Origin: an uncultured virus (IMG/VR IMGVR_UViG_3300025470_000023)
Taxonomy: Duplodnaviria; Heunggongvirae; Uroviricota; Caudoviricetes
Virus record (IMG/VR): IMGVR_UViG_3300025470_000023
Strand: one strand, 5' to 3'
DNA: 64,000 nucleotides
Every line of letters starts with the position of its first letter. Position 1 is the stretch's first letter. The translations under genes were made by a program, and so were the position numbers. The notes under the pieces are model-generated. The model made no database searches and was not told the DNA's origin. It saw only the letters and a list, made by a program, of their open reading frames with translations. Shown one piece after another: positions 37,421 to 46,525 of this stretch.

Positions 37421-37578
37421 TGTTCGTTGACAAACCTAAAGCCCAAGCTCGTTACGATGTCTGCAAACCTTGCGAATTTTTCAAAAAAGAGCAAGCTCAA
37501 TGTACCCAGTGTGGGTGCTACATGAAGCTCAAGGTAAAGTTCGAGAAATCCAAATGCCCTGAGGGGAAGTGGGAATAA
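37420..37578 (+). CDS. small Cys-rich protein (DUF6171-like)
   Basis: RYDVCKPC...CTQCGCYMKLK...CPEGKW; 52 aa, below ORF-track cutoff. Confidence 0.65.
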   Translation: MFVDKPKAQARYDVCKPCEFFKKEQAQCTQCGCYMKLKVKFEKSKCPEGKWE

Positions 37579-37579
37579 T

Positions 37580-40126
37580 ATGGCACAGCAACAGCTTCAG
37601 GTCCTCCAGCTCCGCCCTGGATGCAACAGAGAAGGCACGTCTTATTCGGGTGAAGGTGGTTGGTACGCCTGCGACAAAGTGCGTTTTCGCTCGGGCCTTC
37701 CAGAAAAACTGGGGGGTTGGGTGCCGTATGGTTCAGGAAGCTATGTAGGCACATGCAAACATTTTGCTGAGTGGGTTTCGCTGTCCGGCTATTACCTGTT
37801 GGGTGTAGGGACCAATCTCAAATACTACATTCTTACGGGTAACACCTACTTCGATATCACGCCAATTAGGCAGACGGACACGGGTCTCAGCAATCCGTTC
37901 TATCCTATCTACTCTACGCTGGCCTCAAACATTGGTGCTACGGATACGACCATTTTCGTCGCATCAGGTACGTCGTTCGACTTTATCTCTCCATTTGTCA
38001 TTCTGATTGGCTCGGAGCAGATTTACGTTTCCTACGCCGGTGGTACGACGCTTTCTGGTTGTATTCGCGGGTACAACGGCACCACGGCGGCGGCACATTC
38101 TTCAGGTGCGGTAGTTAGTAGCTCTTGGATGGTGGTGAATGATCCCGGTAATGGTGCTACCCCCGGCGATTTTGTTACGTTCAGTGGGGCGACCGCTTTT
38201 GGTCCGTATACAGCAGCGCAGCTTAATAAAGAATTCCAGATTCAAGATGCTGGCGGGTCGTACATTTGCTTTGACTGTGGGGTGCAGTCTACTTCATCGA
38301 CCAATGGCGGCGGTACGGTCACAGCGGCCTATCAGATTTACACGGGTCTTCCCTACACCGAAACTTTGAGTGGTTGGGGTTCTGGGGTTTGGGTAGGGCT
38401 TCCTCTGGGTGCAGGTGCTACGACTCTGTCTTCCACCATTAACTCTTCCGTAACGACTATCCCTGTCGTGGATGCGTCTTCCTTTGCTTCTTCCGGCTAT
38501 GCCATCATCGAGTCTGAGATCATTCAGTACTCTGGCAAGACCAGCAATACTCTGACTGGCGTAACGCGCGGTATCTCAGGCAATGCAACTGGGCACATGG
38601 TAGGCATTGGGGTTAATGGTGTTGTCTACAGCGCGGGTTCGCGCGGCTGGGGCACAGGTTATTCCGGAGGGGGGTTTGCAGAAGAGCTTCGCCTTTGGAG
38701 CGCCAGTAACTTTGGTCAGGATCTGTTCTTCAACCCAAGAAACGGTGGTCTTTATTACTGGAACGCCGCTACGAGCTTAAACGCCGCGGGGCAGGTGACT
38801 GGGCGCGGTATCAACATGACCAGCACGACGTTTTCTAACGTCACTCTAGGTGACATCGTCGTAGGTAACACTTATGCTATTCGCTCTTTGGGGTCTACCA
38901 CGCAGACTCAATGGAACACGTTGGCGGGTACTACAGGCGTAACCTACGCCGGTGGCGATATCTTTAACTGTGCGGCTACGATTGCTACAGGCTATGGTTC
39001 TGGTGTGGTCTACGATCCTGCAATTCCTGTCGTGTCTGCAATCGTTCTAACAACAGACGAACGCCATGTAATTTCTTATGGATGCAACGACGCCGTTTCA
39101 GGAAGTCTGACTCAGGACCCCATGTTTATTTCATGGTGTGATCAGGAACAACCGCAGGTGTGGTATCCCACAGTGACGAACACGGCAGGCTCATACCGCC
39201 TGACCTACGGAAGCCGTATCATTGCGGCAGTCAAAACTCGTCAGGAAATCCTTGTCTTCACGGATACGGCCCTCTACTCCCAGCAGTATCTGGGCGCGCC
39301 TTATGTGTATGGGTTCAATCCAATTTCTGTTGACATCACGATCGTCAGTCAAAATGCCGCGGTATCAACCAACGGCATCACCTACTGGATGGGCCAAGAC
39401 AAGTTCTATGCGTACTCTGGGCGTGTGGATACACTGCCTTGCGCACTTCGTCAGTATGTCTTTGATGATATCAATGCGGATCAGCTCGAGCTGGTCTACT
39501 GTGGCACGAACGAAAAATACAACGAAGTCTGGTGGCACTACCCATCAGCGGGTTCCGTTATCAACGACAAGTACGTCGTCTATAACTACCTTGAAAAGCT
39601 CTGGTACTACGGCATTTGGGATGTGGATGGGTTAGGGGTTGTTGAACGCTCCGCATGGTATGACTCGCACATCATTGGAAATCCAGTCGCCGCGGTGAAC
39701 AACATCACAGTGCAGCATGAAACGGGATGTGATGATGGGTCTGTAAACCCTCCGGCGGCGATTGACGCTTACATTGAAACTTCTGACTTCGACATCGGAG
39801 AAGGCGGTTATCAGTTCAGCTTCGTCAAGCGCATTATTCCTGACATGGACTTCATTGGGTCTGTGAACGCCACACCGTCAGTAACCATGACAGTCAAAGC
39901 GCGGAACTATCCGGGTCAAGGCGTTGCGGGTACTACATCGGCGCAGAACATTTCAGGCGCTGTTGCTGGTAAAGAAATCACCACGCAGGTCTACGATTAC
40001 ACACAAATGATCTGGGTGCGTATCAGAGGCAGGCAGCTCTCGTTCCGTGTTGAGAGTACGGACCTTGGTGTTAAGTGGCAGATGGGTACGCCCCGTCTTG
40101 AGCTGCAGCCGGATGGGAGAAAGTAA
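37580..40126 (+). CDS. tail nozzle / DNA-stabilisation protein (P22 gp10-like)
   Basis: 848-aa beta-propeller-like protein; ISWCDQE, EVWWHYPS, RIRGRQ; precedes the ejection genes. Confidence 0.7.
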   Translation: MAQQQLQVLQLRPGCNREGTSYSGEGGWYACDKVRFRSGLPEKLGGWVPYGSGSYVGTCKHFAEWVSLSGYYLLGVGTNLKYYILTGNTYFDITPIRQTDTGLSNPFYPIYSTLASNIGATDTTIFVASGTSFDFISPFVILIGSEQIYVSYAGGTTLSGCIRGYNGTTAAAHSSGAVVSSSWMVVNDPGNGATPGDFVTFSGATAFGPYTAAQLNKEFQIQDAGGSYICFDCGVQSTSSTNGGGTVTAAYQIYTGLPYTETLSGWGSGVWVGLPLGAGATTLSSTINSSVTTIPVVDASSFASSGYAIIESEIIQYSGKTSNTLTGVTRGISGNATGHMVGIGVNGVVYSAGSRGWGTGYSGGGFAEELRLWSASNFGQDLFFNPRNGGLYYWNAATSLNAAGQVTGRGINMTSTTFSNVTLGDIVVGNTYAIRSLGSTTQTQWNTLAGTTGVTYAGGDIFNCAATIATGYGSGVVYDPAIPVVSAIVLTTDERHVISYGCNDAVSGSLTQDPMFISWCDQEQPQVWYPTVTNTAGSYRLTYGSRIIAAVKTRQEILVFTDTALYSQQYLGAPYVYGFNPISVDITIVSQNAAVSTNGITYWMGQDKFYAYSGRVDTLPCALRQYVFDDINADQLELVYCGTNEKYNEVWWHYPSAGSVINDKYVVYNYLEKLWYYGIWDVDGLGVVERSAWYDSHIIGNPVAAVNNITVQHETGCDDGSVNPPAAIDAYIETSDFDIGEGGYQFSFVKRIIPDMDFIGSVNATPSVTMTVKARNYPGQGVAGTTSAQNISGAVAGKEITTQVYDYTQMIWVRIRGRQLSFRVESTDLGVKWQMGTPRLELQPDGRK

Positions 40127-40440
40127 TGGCTAATGCTAACCGTACCGCGGCCCCGGTCCTCCCACTGCCGCCGATGGAATATGACGTGCAGTATCTGAAC
40201 AATTTGGTTCGACTGCTCAATTTCTGGATTCAGCAGACTCAAAACCCCGGTGATATCCGCGGCACTGCTGTTACAATTACAGATAGAGAGGGTAAGCTCG
40301 CATTATCCGTACAGTCTGCCGAGATGGTCGATGAAAATGTGTTCATCCTTGCGGAGCTTCCGACCAGCGCGACGGGTCTGGCTAAAAACCAAGTCTGGCG
40401 TGACCCTGCCACCAACATTCTTCACATAACGCCTCCGTAG
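40126..40440 (+). CDS. tail-associated hypothetical protein
   Basis: LPLPPMEYD...LPTSATGL. Confidence 0.65.
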   Translation: MANANRTAAPVLPLPPMEYDVQYLNNLVRLLNFWIQQTQNPGDIRGTAVTITDREGKLALSVQSAEMVDENVFILAELPTSATGLAKNQVWRDPATNILHITPP

Positions 40441-40448
40441 GAGCGAGC

Positions 40449-41849
40449 ATGTACCACACCACATCTAAAGGCATCGCGGCTCTCGGGCGTAATGGGGATG
40501 ACACTCTTCTTCATGTAAAGAAAGATGAGCTCGCGGGTCTCGAAGCGCTATTAGGTCCTGTTACGACCAACCCCAAGACGGGGCTTCCTGAAGCCTTTAA
40601 CTGGACAGATATCTTGACCTCTTTAGGTTTAGGTATTGCGGGTGCTTTGACTGGCGGCGCGGCGGCTCCTGCATTTGGGGCTATTGGTAGCACTATTGTC
40701 GGCGCAGGTACAAGCGCTCTGGCTGGTGGAGCATTGAGCTCTGCACAGGGTAAAGGTTTTGGTCCCGGCGCTGTCGGAGGCGCGATTAGTGGGGGTATGG
40801 GAGGGTTTGGCGCTGCTGATATTCCGGGCGGACCAGTCGCTAGCGCAGCAGAAAAAACCGCAGGCGCTTCTATAGAACTAGACAATCCATCGGTATGGGA
40901 TCAGTACGGCTCTAATCTGGCACAGCAAGGCTCAGCCATGCTCACCAAGCCGGGTATGGAATACCTTATGCAGCCTGTAGGGTTAGGCACGATGCTAGGC
41001 GCTACGGCGCAGGGCACAATGGAGCAAGCCAGCACAGGCGCTACGCAGCTACGTAATCAAAAGCTACAGCAGGCAAAAGCAGATGCTGAACAGCGGCAGT
41101 ACTTCGCGAGTCTGGGCTTCCCCCTTCCTTCTGGGACCGCGGGCACTTCTACCGACCCTAACCAGCAGCGTGACTATTTTGGCAATCTAATCTACGGTAA
41201 GGCCGCGGGCGGGCCGATCGAAATGTCGCGTACGGTAGGTGGAGTGCCAATACACACCACTGTCCCTCCGAAGTATGTGTCGCAGTTTGAAAACTCTGAT
41301 GTGCAGGACAATCTCGACCCCGCTTTACAGAACCTACAGGGGATCGCACAGGGTGTGCAGCAGAAACTGAGCGGGCAGGGTTTCGCTACTGGCGGGTACA
41401 TGAACACAAACCCCTTTAGCCCTCAAGATTTTTACCCTCAGTCTCGCATCGCGAGCGCGCAGCCTTATGCTGCTGCAGGAAACACCGGAGTCATTAACAC
41501 TCTCGCGCACGGGGCGAGCTTCGCTGAAGGTGGCTCAACCTACGATAAAGGCGGTTTCCTCGACGGCCCCGGCGATGGAATGAGCGATGACATTCCTGCC
41601 AACATTGATGGGCAGGAAGAAGTACGTCTGGCAGATGGTGAGTTTGTTGTGCCTCCAGAACTTGTCAGCCTCATTGGTGGTGGCGATCCTGAAGAGGGTA
41701 AGCGACTCCTTGATCAGCTTCTCCCCATGGTGCGGCAGGCAGCGCACGGTAAGAAAGAGCAGATAAAGCAGGGTGCAGGTAAACTAGCCGCAGAAAAACT
41801 CTTGGTAAGAAAAGGACATGCAGGAAGTTCAGGAATCGCAGCAGGTTAG
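40449..41849 (+). CDS. internal virion / ejection protein
   Basis: GRNGDDTLLHV...TTNPKTGLPEAF, hydrophobic Gly-rich segment, GPGDGMSDDIPA...LADGEFVV. Confidence 0.7.
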   Translation: MYHTTSKGIAALGRNGDDTLLHVKKDELAGLEALLGPVTTNPKTGLPEAFNWTDILTSLGLGIAGALTGGAAAPAFGAIGSTIVGAGTSALAGGALSSAQGKGFGPGAVGGAISGGMGGFGAADIPGGPVASAAEKTAGASIELDNPSVWDQYGSNLAQQGSAMLTKPGMEYLMQPVGLGTMLGATAQGTMEQASTGATQLRNQKLQQAKADAEQRQYFASLGFPLPSGTAGTSTDPNQQRDYFGNLIYGKAAGGPIEMSRTVGGVPIHTTVPPKYVSQFENSDVQDNLDPALQNLQGIAQGVQQKLSGQGFATGGYMNTNPFSPQDFYPQSRIASAQPYAAAGNTGVINTLAHGASFAEGGSTYDKGGFLDGPGDGMSDDIPANIDGQEEVRLADGEFVVPPELVSLIGGGDPEEGKRLLDQLLPMVRQAAHGKKEQIKQGAGKLAAEKLLVRKGHAGSSGIAAG

Positions 41850-42258
41850 TATTGACGAGTTTCGTCATGCGATTGACGCCGCTATCGAACGAGGCGAGCT
41901 GGCTCCTGTTGATACTCCTCTTACCCATTATCATACTCCTGACCTGTACGCTCGTCGGATTGTGGTGCCTGCTGGATCTATTTTTACCACGATGGTTCAC
42001 AAGACGGATCATATTGCCGTGGCGCTACGGGGGGTTATAGCTTTCTATGACCAAGATCGCATAGAGCATATCGTGCGCGCGCCCGAAGTAATGGTGACTA
42101 AAGCAGGTACGCAACGAGTGGTCGCCGTCCTTGAAGAATGCGAATGGGTCACTGTGCATCACTGTGCAGAGCAGGACGATAAGAAGGTTAAGGACGCGCT
42201 GGGATTCGAGACTATGGCTGAGTACGAAGCCACTAAATTGCTGGGAGTAGTGACATGA
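41818..42258 (+). CDS. cupin-fold protein
   Basis: HYHTPDLYARRIVVPAG...HKTDH...GTQR...WVTVH. Confidence 0.65.
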   Translation: MQEVQESQQVSIDEFRHAIDAAIERGELAPVDTPLTHYHTPDLYARRIVVPAGSIFTTMVHKTDHIAVALRGVIAFYDQDRIEHIVRAPEVMVTKAGTQRVVAVLEECEWVTVHHCAEQDDKKVKDALGFETMAEYEATKLLGVVT

Positions 42259-42773
42259 CTTTGGTTGTTTCTATTGGAGTAGCTATTTTGCCTGAATCAG
42301 TTATGGCGGCAGTAGGAGGCACAGTCGCAGCGGGCACAGGAGTAGCGGGAACCGCAGCGGCAACCACAGCAGGTGCGCTAACGGCAGGTGCACTAGGCGC
42401 AGGTACAGTAGGCGCGGTAGGTTATGGGGCTAGTCAAATGATGAAAGGTCCTCCTAAGTCCACGCCAAATGTCCCTACGCTCGCTCCGGGGCTTTCTCCA
42501 GCCATGACAGCAAGCCAAGTCAATACGTCGGCTCCCGCAGCGCCCCTTAGCGGGCTCGCTTCCATCGGGCAACAAAAAGCACCGGGTATGGCCCACGGCG
42601 GGCAAGTACCACTAAAGAATGGCGCGTACATCATCCCGGCGGACGTAGTCAGCGCACTAGGCAACGGGTCATCTAAGGCGGGCGCGGAATTCCTCCGCAG
42701 GCTCATGGAAGAAGTGAAACACAATGCGGTAGGCCGACACGGGTTAGGAGCGGTGAAGCGTGACGCTGCTTAA
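42255..42773 (+). CDS. internal virion protein
   Basis: Hydrophobic N-terminus; MAHGG...YIIPADVVSALGNGSS resembles the 40449 C-terminal domain. Confidence 0.65.
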   Translation: MTLVVSIGVAILPESVMAAVGGTVAAGTGVAGTAAATTAGALTAGALGAGTVGAVGYGASQMMKGPPKSTPNVPTLAPGLSPAMTASQVNTSAPAAPLSGLASIGQQKAPGMAHGGQVPLKNGAYIIPADVVSALGNGSSKAGAEFLRRLMEEVKHNAVGRHGLGAVKRDAA

Positions 42774-43176
42774 TGTTCAGCAGGTTCCGCTGGAGTATGT
42801 AAACCAAGTCTGGCCGCAGGTTGAACGATTTATAGACGATGCCTTGCACTATGCGCATGGCGATTACACAGTAGATGATGCACGGGTCTACGCTACCCTT
42901 GGGCAATGGTCACTCATTGTCGGTGTAGATGATCAGAACTTAGTTCACGGGGCGCTTTTAGTGTCTTATTTTAATCGGCCTCATGCGCGTGTTGCATTTG
43001 TTGCGGCTATCGGTGGTCGACACATAGCGAGTAGAGAAAACTGGGCGCAGTTTGAGGCTATAATTAAAGCTAACGGGGCAACCCATCTGGAAGGCGCAGC
43101 AAGAGAATCCATAGTTCGTCTATGGTCGCGCTATGGAATGGAGCCGAAATACACAATCGTAGGCAAAGATCTGTAG
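42760..43176 (+). CDS. GNAT-fold protein (P22 gp14 / T7 gp13-like position)
   Basis: AFVAAIGG...GATHLEGAARES..RLWSRYG. Confidence 0.6.
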   Translation: MTLLNVQQVPLEYVNQVWPQVERFIDDALHYAHGDYTVDDARVYATLGQWSLIVGVDDQNLVHGALLVSYFNRPHARVAFVAAIGGRHIASRENWAQFEAIIKANGATHLEGAARESIVRLWSRYGMEPKYTIVGKDL

Positions 43177-43186
43177 AGGTGCCATT

Positions 43187-45124
43187 ATGGGCGGCGGCGT
43201 ACCAGCAAGTACTACTTCAACAACCACGGTCAATCAATCACCGTGGCAAAATCCCACGTACCAAGCGCTTATGCTAGGTACTCAAAACAATCCGGGTCCG
43301 GTCACCAATATCCTCCGCAGCAACGCGGGAATGATGAACGCATATAACAACCTGCTCGCTCAGGGTGTTACGCCTATGGATGTGGTGCGTTCCAACCAAT
43401 TTAACCCCACGGCAGGCGGCGCGGGTACGTCCTTTCAACCTACACAAAAAGCTGCTGAAGGCGGCATCATGGGGGTGCGTAAGTTCGCCTCTGGTAGCTC
43501 TACGGCACCTAAAGACATTTCTTCAGGGCAGGCTAATCATTTAGCTCAGCTTCAGAAACGGGTAGACGCAAATAAACCGCTCAGTGCTAGTGACCAGAAC
43601 GTCTATAACTACTTAACTCAAACCCGTCAGGCGTATACCGACTACCAGAACCAACAGCAAACGCAAACGGACAATACCGCTACGGCGCAGCAGGGGCTCC
43701 TCGATCAGTCTATGGGGCAAACCGCCTTCACGCGGGTAAACCCGCAAACCGGCGCACTTGAGTCAACCAACCCGCTGTTCAACCAAGCAGTAGGCGAAAT
43801 TCAACAGGCGCAGCAACTACCGTCTCAATTTGGGCAGGCGACGAATGCCTATAATCAGGCCCTATCTGGCCTACAGGGGATGACCAATTATACCCCGCAA
43901 CAGGTGCAAGCTATGCAGGAGCAGGCGGCGCAGTATCAAGCCTCCCTAATGAATGCCCCTGCAGATATCAGCGCGCAAAGTTATGATGCGGCGCAGGCGC
44001 AAGCCGCCCAGATGAATCAACCCCAAGATGTGCAGGCTGTGCGTACACGCGCGGCTCAAATGCAGGGACCTCAGTCTTGGAACGCTCCGGGCACTGTACA
44101 ACAGTACATGGACCCTTATATTCAAAGCGTCATTGCTTCGCAGCAAGGGTTAGCTAACCGGCAGTTTGCGCAACAGCAGAACCAGCTTCGCAGTCAGGCA
44201 ACCGGGCAGCACGCCTTTGGCGGCGCGAGGGAAACCCTTGCTGAACAGAACGCACAGTTAAACCAGAACATTGCCAATCAGAACCTCGCGGCACAAGGGC
44301 TCTCGAATGCCTACACCACAGGGCTCGGCCAGTTCAACACGGCGCAGGGTCAGGGACTTCAGGCAGGTCAGGCAAATCTCTCAGCGGCGATGCAGGCAAA
44401 CCTTGCGAATCAGCAGGCGGGTATGACCGCTCAGCAGCTCAATCAGGCCGCAGGGCTCACCACGGGGCAAGCTAATCTGTCGGCGGCGCAGCAGACCGCA
44501 CTGGCGAATCAAAACGCGCTCAATACTCAGCGGTCTCAGTACGTCACTCAAGCTCTGCAGGCAGCACAAACCAATTATGGTGGTCAGCTTACCGCGGCTC
44601 AACAGAACCAAGTGGCTCAGAATGCTGCAGCGCAGTTCAATGCTCAGTCGCAAAATCAGATCAATCTGGCAAACCAGCAGGCGTCTCTGCAAGCCGGATT
44701 GGCTAACCAAAGCGCAGGTCTGCAAGCTAACCAGCAAAATCTCGGTGCCTATGGGCAGATGCTAACAGGAGCTGGGGGTCTGGGTTCCCTAGGCGCTTCG
44801 CAGGCGTCCACTAACCTCGCCAACATCGGGGCTCTCGGTCAGGGTGCAAGTGCTTGGCAGAATCTTGGGCAGCAGTATCTCAACACGCAGACACAGAACG
44901 CACAGAACGCCATCAACTTCCCGAGCAGCCTCTATAGCGGTGCGCTGAATGCGATCAATGCTCAGCCTTCTACGGGTGGTACCAACACCGCGTTCGGTAC
45001 GTCTACTCCGGCATCTCCGTTCGGTAAAGCGCATGGCGGTGAGGTCGAAGCGCATAAGGAATGGGATAAGGCCAAGGGCGGTAAGACTGTGAAGAAAGGC
45101 ATTGCATCTAAAGGGTGGAACTAA
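43187..45124 (+). CDS. DNA ejection / pilot protein
   Basis: YMDPY, AFGGAR, long Q/A/N-rich ANQ repeats. Confidence 0.7.
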   Translation: MGGGVPASTTSTTTVNQSPWQNPTYQALMLGTQNNPGPVTNILRSNAGMMNAYNNLLAQGVTPMDVVRSNQFNPTAGGAGTSFQPTQKAAEGGIMGVRKFASGSSTAPKDISSGQANHLAQLQKRVDANKPLSASDQNVYNYLTQTRQAYTDYQNQQQTQTDNTATAQQGLLDQSMGQTAFTRVNPQTGALESTNPLFNQAVGEIQQAQQLPSQFGQATNAYNQALSGLQGMTNYTPQQVQAMQEQAAQYQASLMNAPADISAQSYDAAQAQAAQMNQPQDVQAVRTRAAQMQGPQSWNAPGTVQQYMDPYIQSVIASQQGLANRQFAQQQNQLRSQATGQHAFGGARETLAEQNAQLNQNIANQNLAAQGLSNAYTTGLGQFNTAQGQGLQAGQANLSAAMQANLANQQAGMTAQQLNQAAGLTTGQANLSAAQQTALANQNALNTQRSQYVTQALQAAQTNYGGQLTAAQQNQVAQNAAAQFNAQSQNQINLANQQASLQAGLANQSAGLQANQQNLGAYGQMLTGAGGLGSLGASQASTNLANIGALGQGASAWQNLGQQYLNTQTQNAQNAINFPSSLYSGALNAINAQPSTGGTNTAFGTSTPASPFGKAHGGEVEAHKEWDKAKGGKTVKKGIASKGWN

Positions 45125-46515
45125 TGACCGCAGCAATTACGGACGACTCTTACAACCAGCAGGTTACGTCAATCTTTGACTTCCTGAAGAGCGCCTCGCC
45201 GCAGCAGTTGGCTCAGGTATCACAGGCGGTTCAACAGAACCCGCAAAGCCCGGAAGCTACCGCTTTGGCTATGGCTACGAACTACCAGCAGCAGATGCGT
45301 TCAGGGCAGGCTCAGGCTCCGCAGCAAACGGTATATCAGAAACATATCGCGCAGCTTTTGCAGAGTATTCAGCCTCCCGCCCAGCCCGCCCCCATGCAGA
45401 GCGGCATCGCCGCTGCGGGACCCAATCAATACGCGCTACAAGCGGCGGCAGCGCAAGATCCTATGCGCAACGCAGGTATCGGTGCGGCTCCTGAGAATAC
45501 GCCTATGCAGCAGGCTGCGACGGGCGGTTTGGTTGCTCTTGCGCATGGTGGATCAGTACGTGGGTTTAGCGGGCTAGATGGTAGCTATGCGGTTCCTGAA
45601 TTGGGCTCATACGATGCGCCTGAAGAAGAGGAAGAAAGCGAAGCCGCTGACGAGCGTCAGCTTGCTGAAGACCAGTACGACGAAGATACAGGCGAGCCTG
45701 TAAACCAGCATGTACAGTATAAAGACGTACCCAAGACGCGCATTCCTCGACAGGATGGCCCTGATCTTCACACTCCGGCTCCGGGGAGCTCTGCGGCGCA
45801 AGCGCAGAAAAAATCAGCTACCGATGCCGTCAAGAAAGCATCTAATGAATTGCTGGATGTATATGGACCGTCTTATTCTATTTCTCCCGATCTCCTGAGC
45901 AAACTAGATAAGATGCAACAGGGGGCGACCAGAGATAAATGGATTGGTGCTCTGGCCTCGGGTATTGGCAATTTACTTAGTGCGCAAACTCCGTACATGA
46001 GCCAAGCTGTGGGCCAAGGGCTTATCGGCGGTCTCGCCGGATACCAGCAGGGTGCCAAGGAAGAAGGCGATATCGAAAAGCAGACACTACAACTTCAGAT
46101 GGCTGCAGAGAAGGAAGCGCACGCGGATAAACGGTCCGCAGTTAATTCAATCCTTGCACAGCAGGCAGCTACGCTTAAAGCGCAGCGTGAACGTGAGCTT
46201 GAAATGGATAAGCTCAAGGCTAAGGGCTACACCGATCTGCAGGTGGCTTCTATTCTCGCGGGACGCGGCGCTGCCGGTAATGTTGTCGATCCCAATGAAC
46301 GCAGTCAGCGCATCAAAGAAGCCGCCCAGCAGATCGCTAGTTCTTCTCAGGCATTGCAAGAAGCATGGAGCCCTGACCGTATTCGATTGGAAGCCGAAAG
46401 GCAGGTCGATGCAGAAATGGCCCGCGCACCTTCAGCGTTGAAGGGAGTTAATCCCGCACCGTATAATCCCCTGCAGGCTTACGGATTCATCGGAGGCCCA
46501 CTAGGCGGTCGTTAG
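45124..46515 (+). CDS. internal virion / ejection protein
   Basis: Q/A-rich, amphipathic GALASGIGNLL segment, coiled coil. Confidence 0.65.
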   Translation: MTAAITDDSYNQQVTSIFDFLKSASPQQLAQVSQAVQQNPQSPEATALAMATNYQQQMRSGQAQAPQQTVYQKHIAQLLQSIQPPAQPAPMQSGIAAAGPNQYALQAAAAQDPMRNAGIGAAPENTPMQQAATGGLVALAHGGSVRGFSGLDGSYAVPELGSYDAPEEEEESEAADERQLAEDQYDEDTGEPVNQHVQYKDVPKTRIPRQDGPDLHTPAPGSSAAQAQKKSATDAVKKASNELLDVYGPSYSISPDLLSKLDKMQQGATRDKWIGALASGIGNLLSAQTPYMSQAVGQGLIGGLAGYQQGAKEEGDIEKQTLQLQMAAEKEAHADKRSAVNSILAQQAATLKAQRERELEMDKLKAKGYTDLQVASILAGRGAAGNVVDPNERSQRIKEAAQQIASSSQALQEAWSPDRIRLEAERQVDAEMARAPSALKGVNPAPYNPLQAYGFIGGPLGGR

Positions 46516-46525
46516 AGGATAAAAT

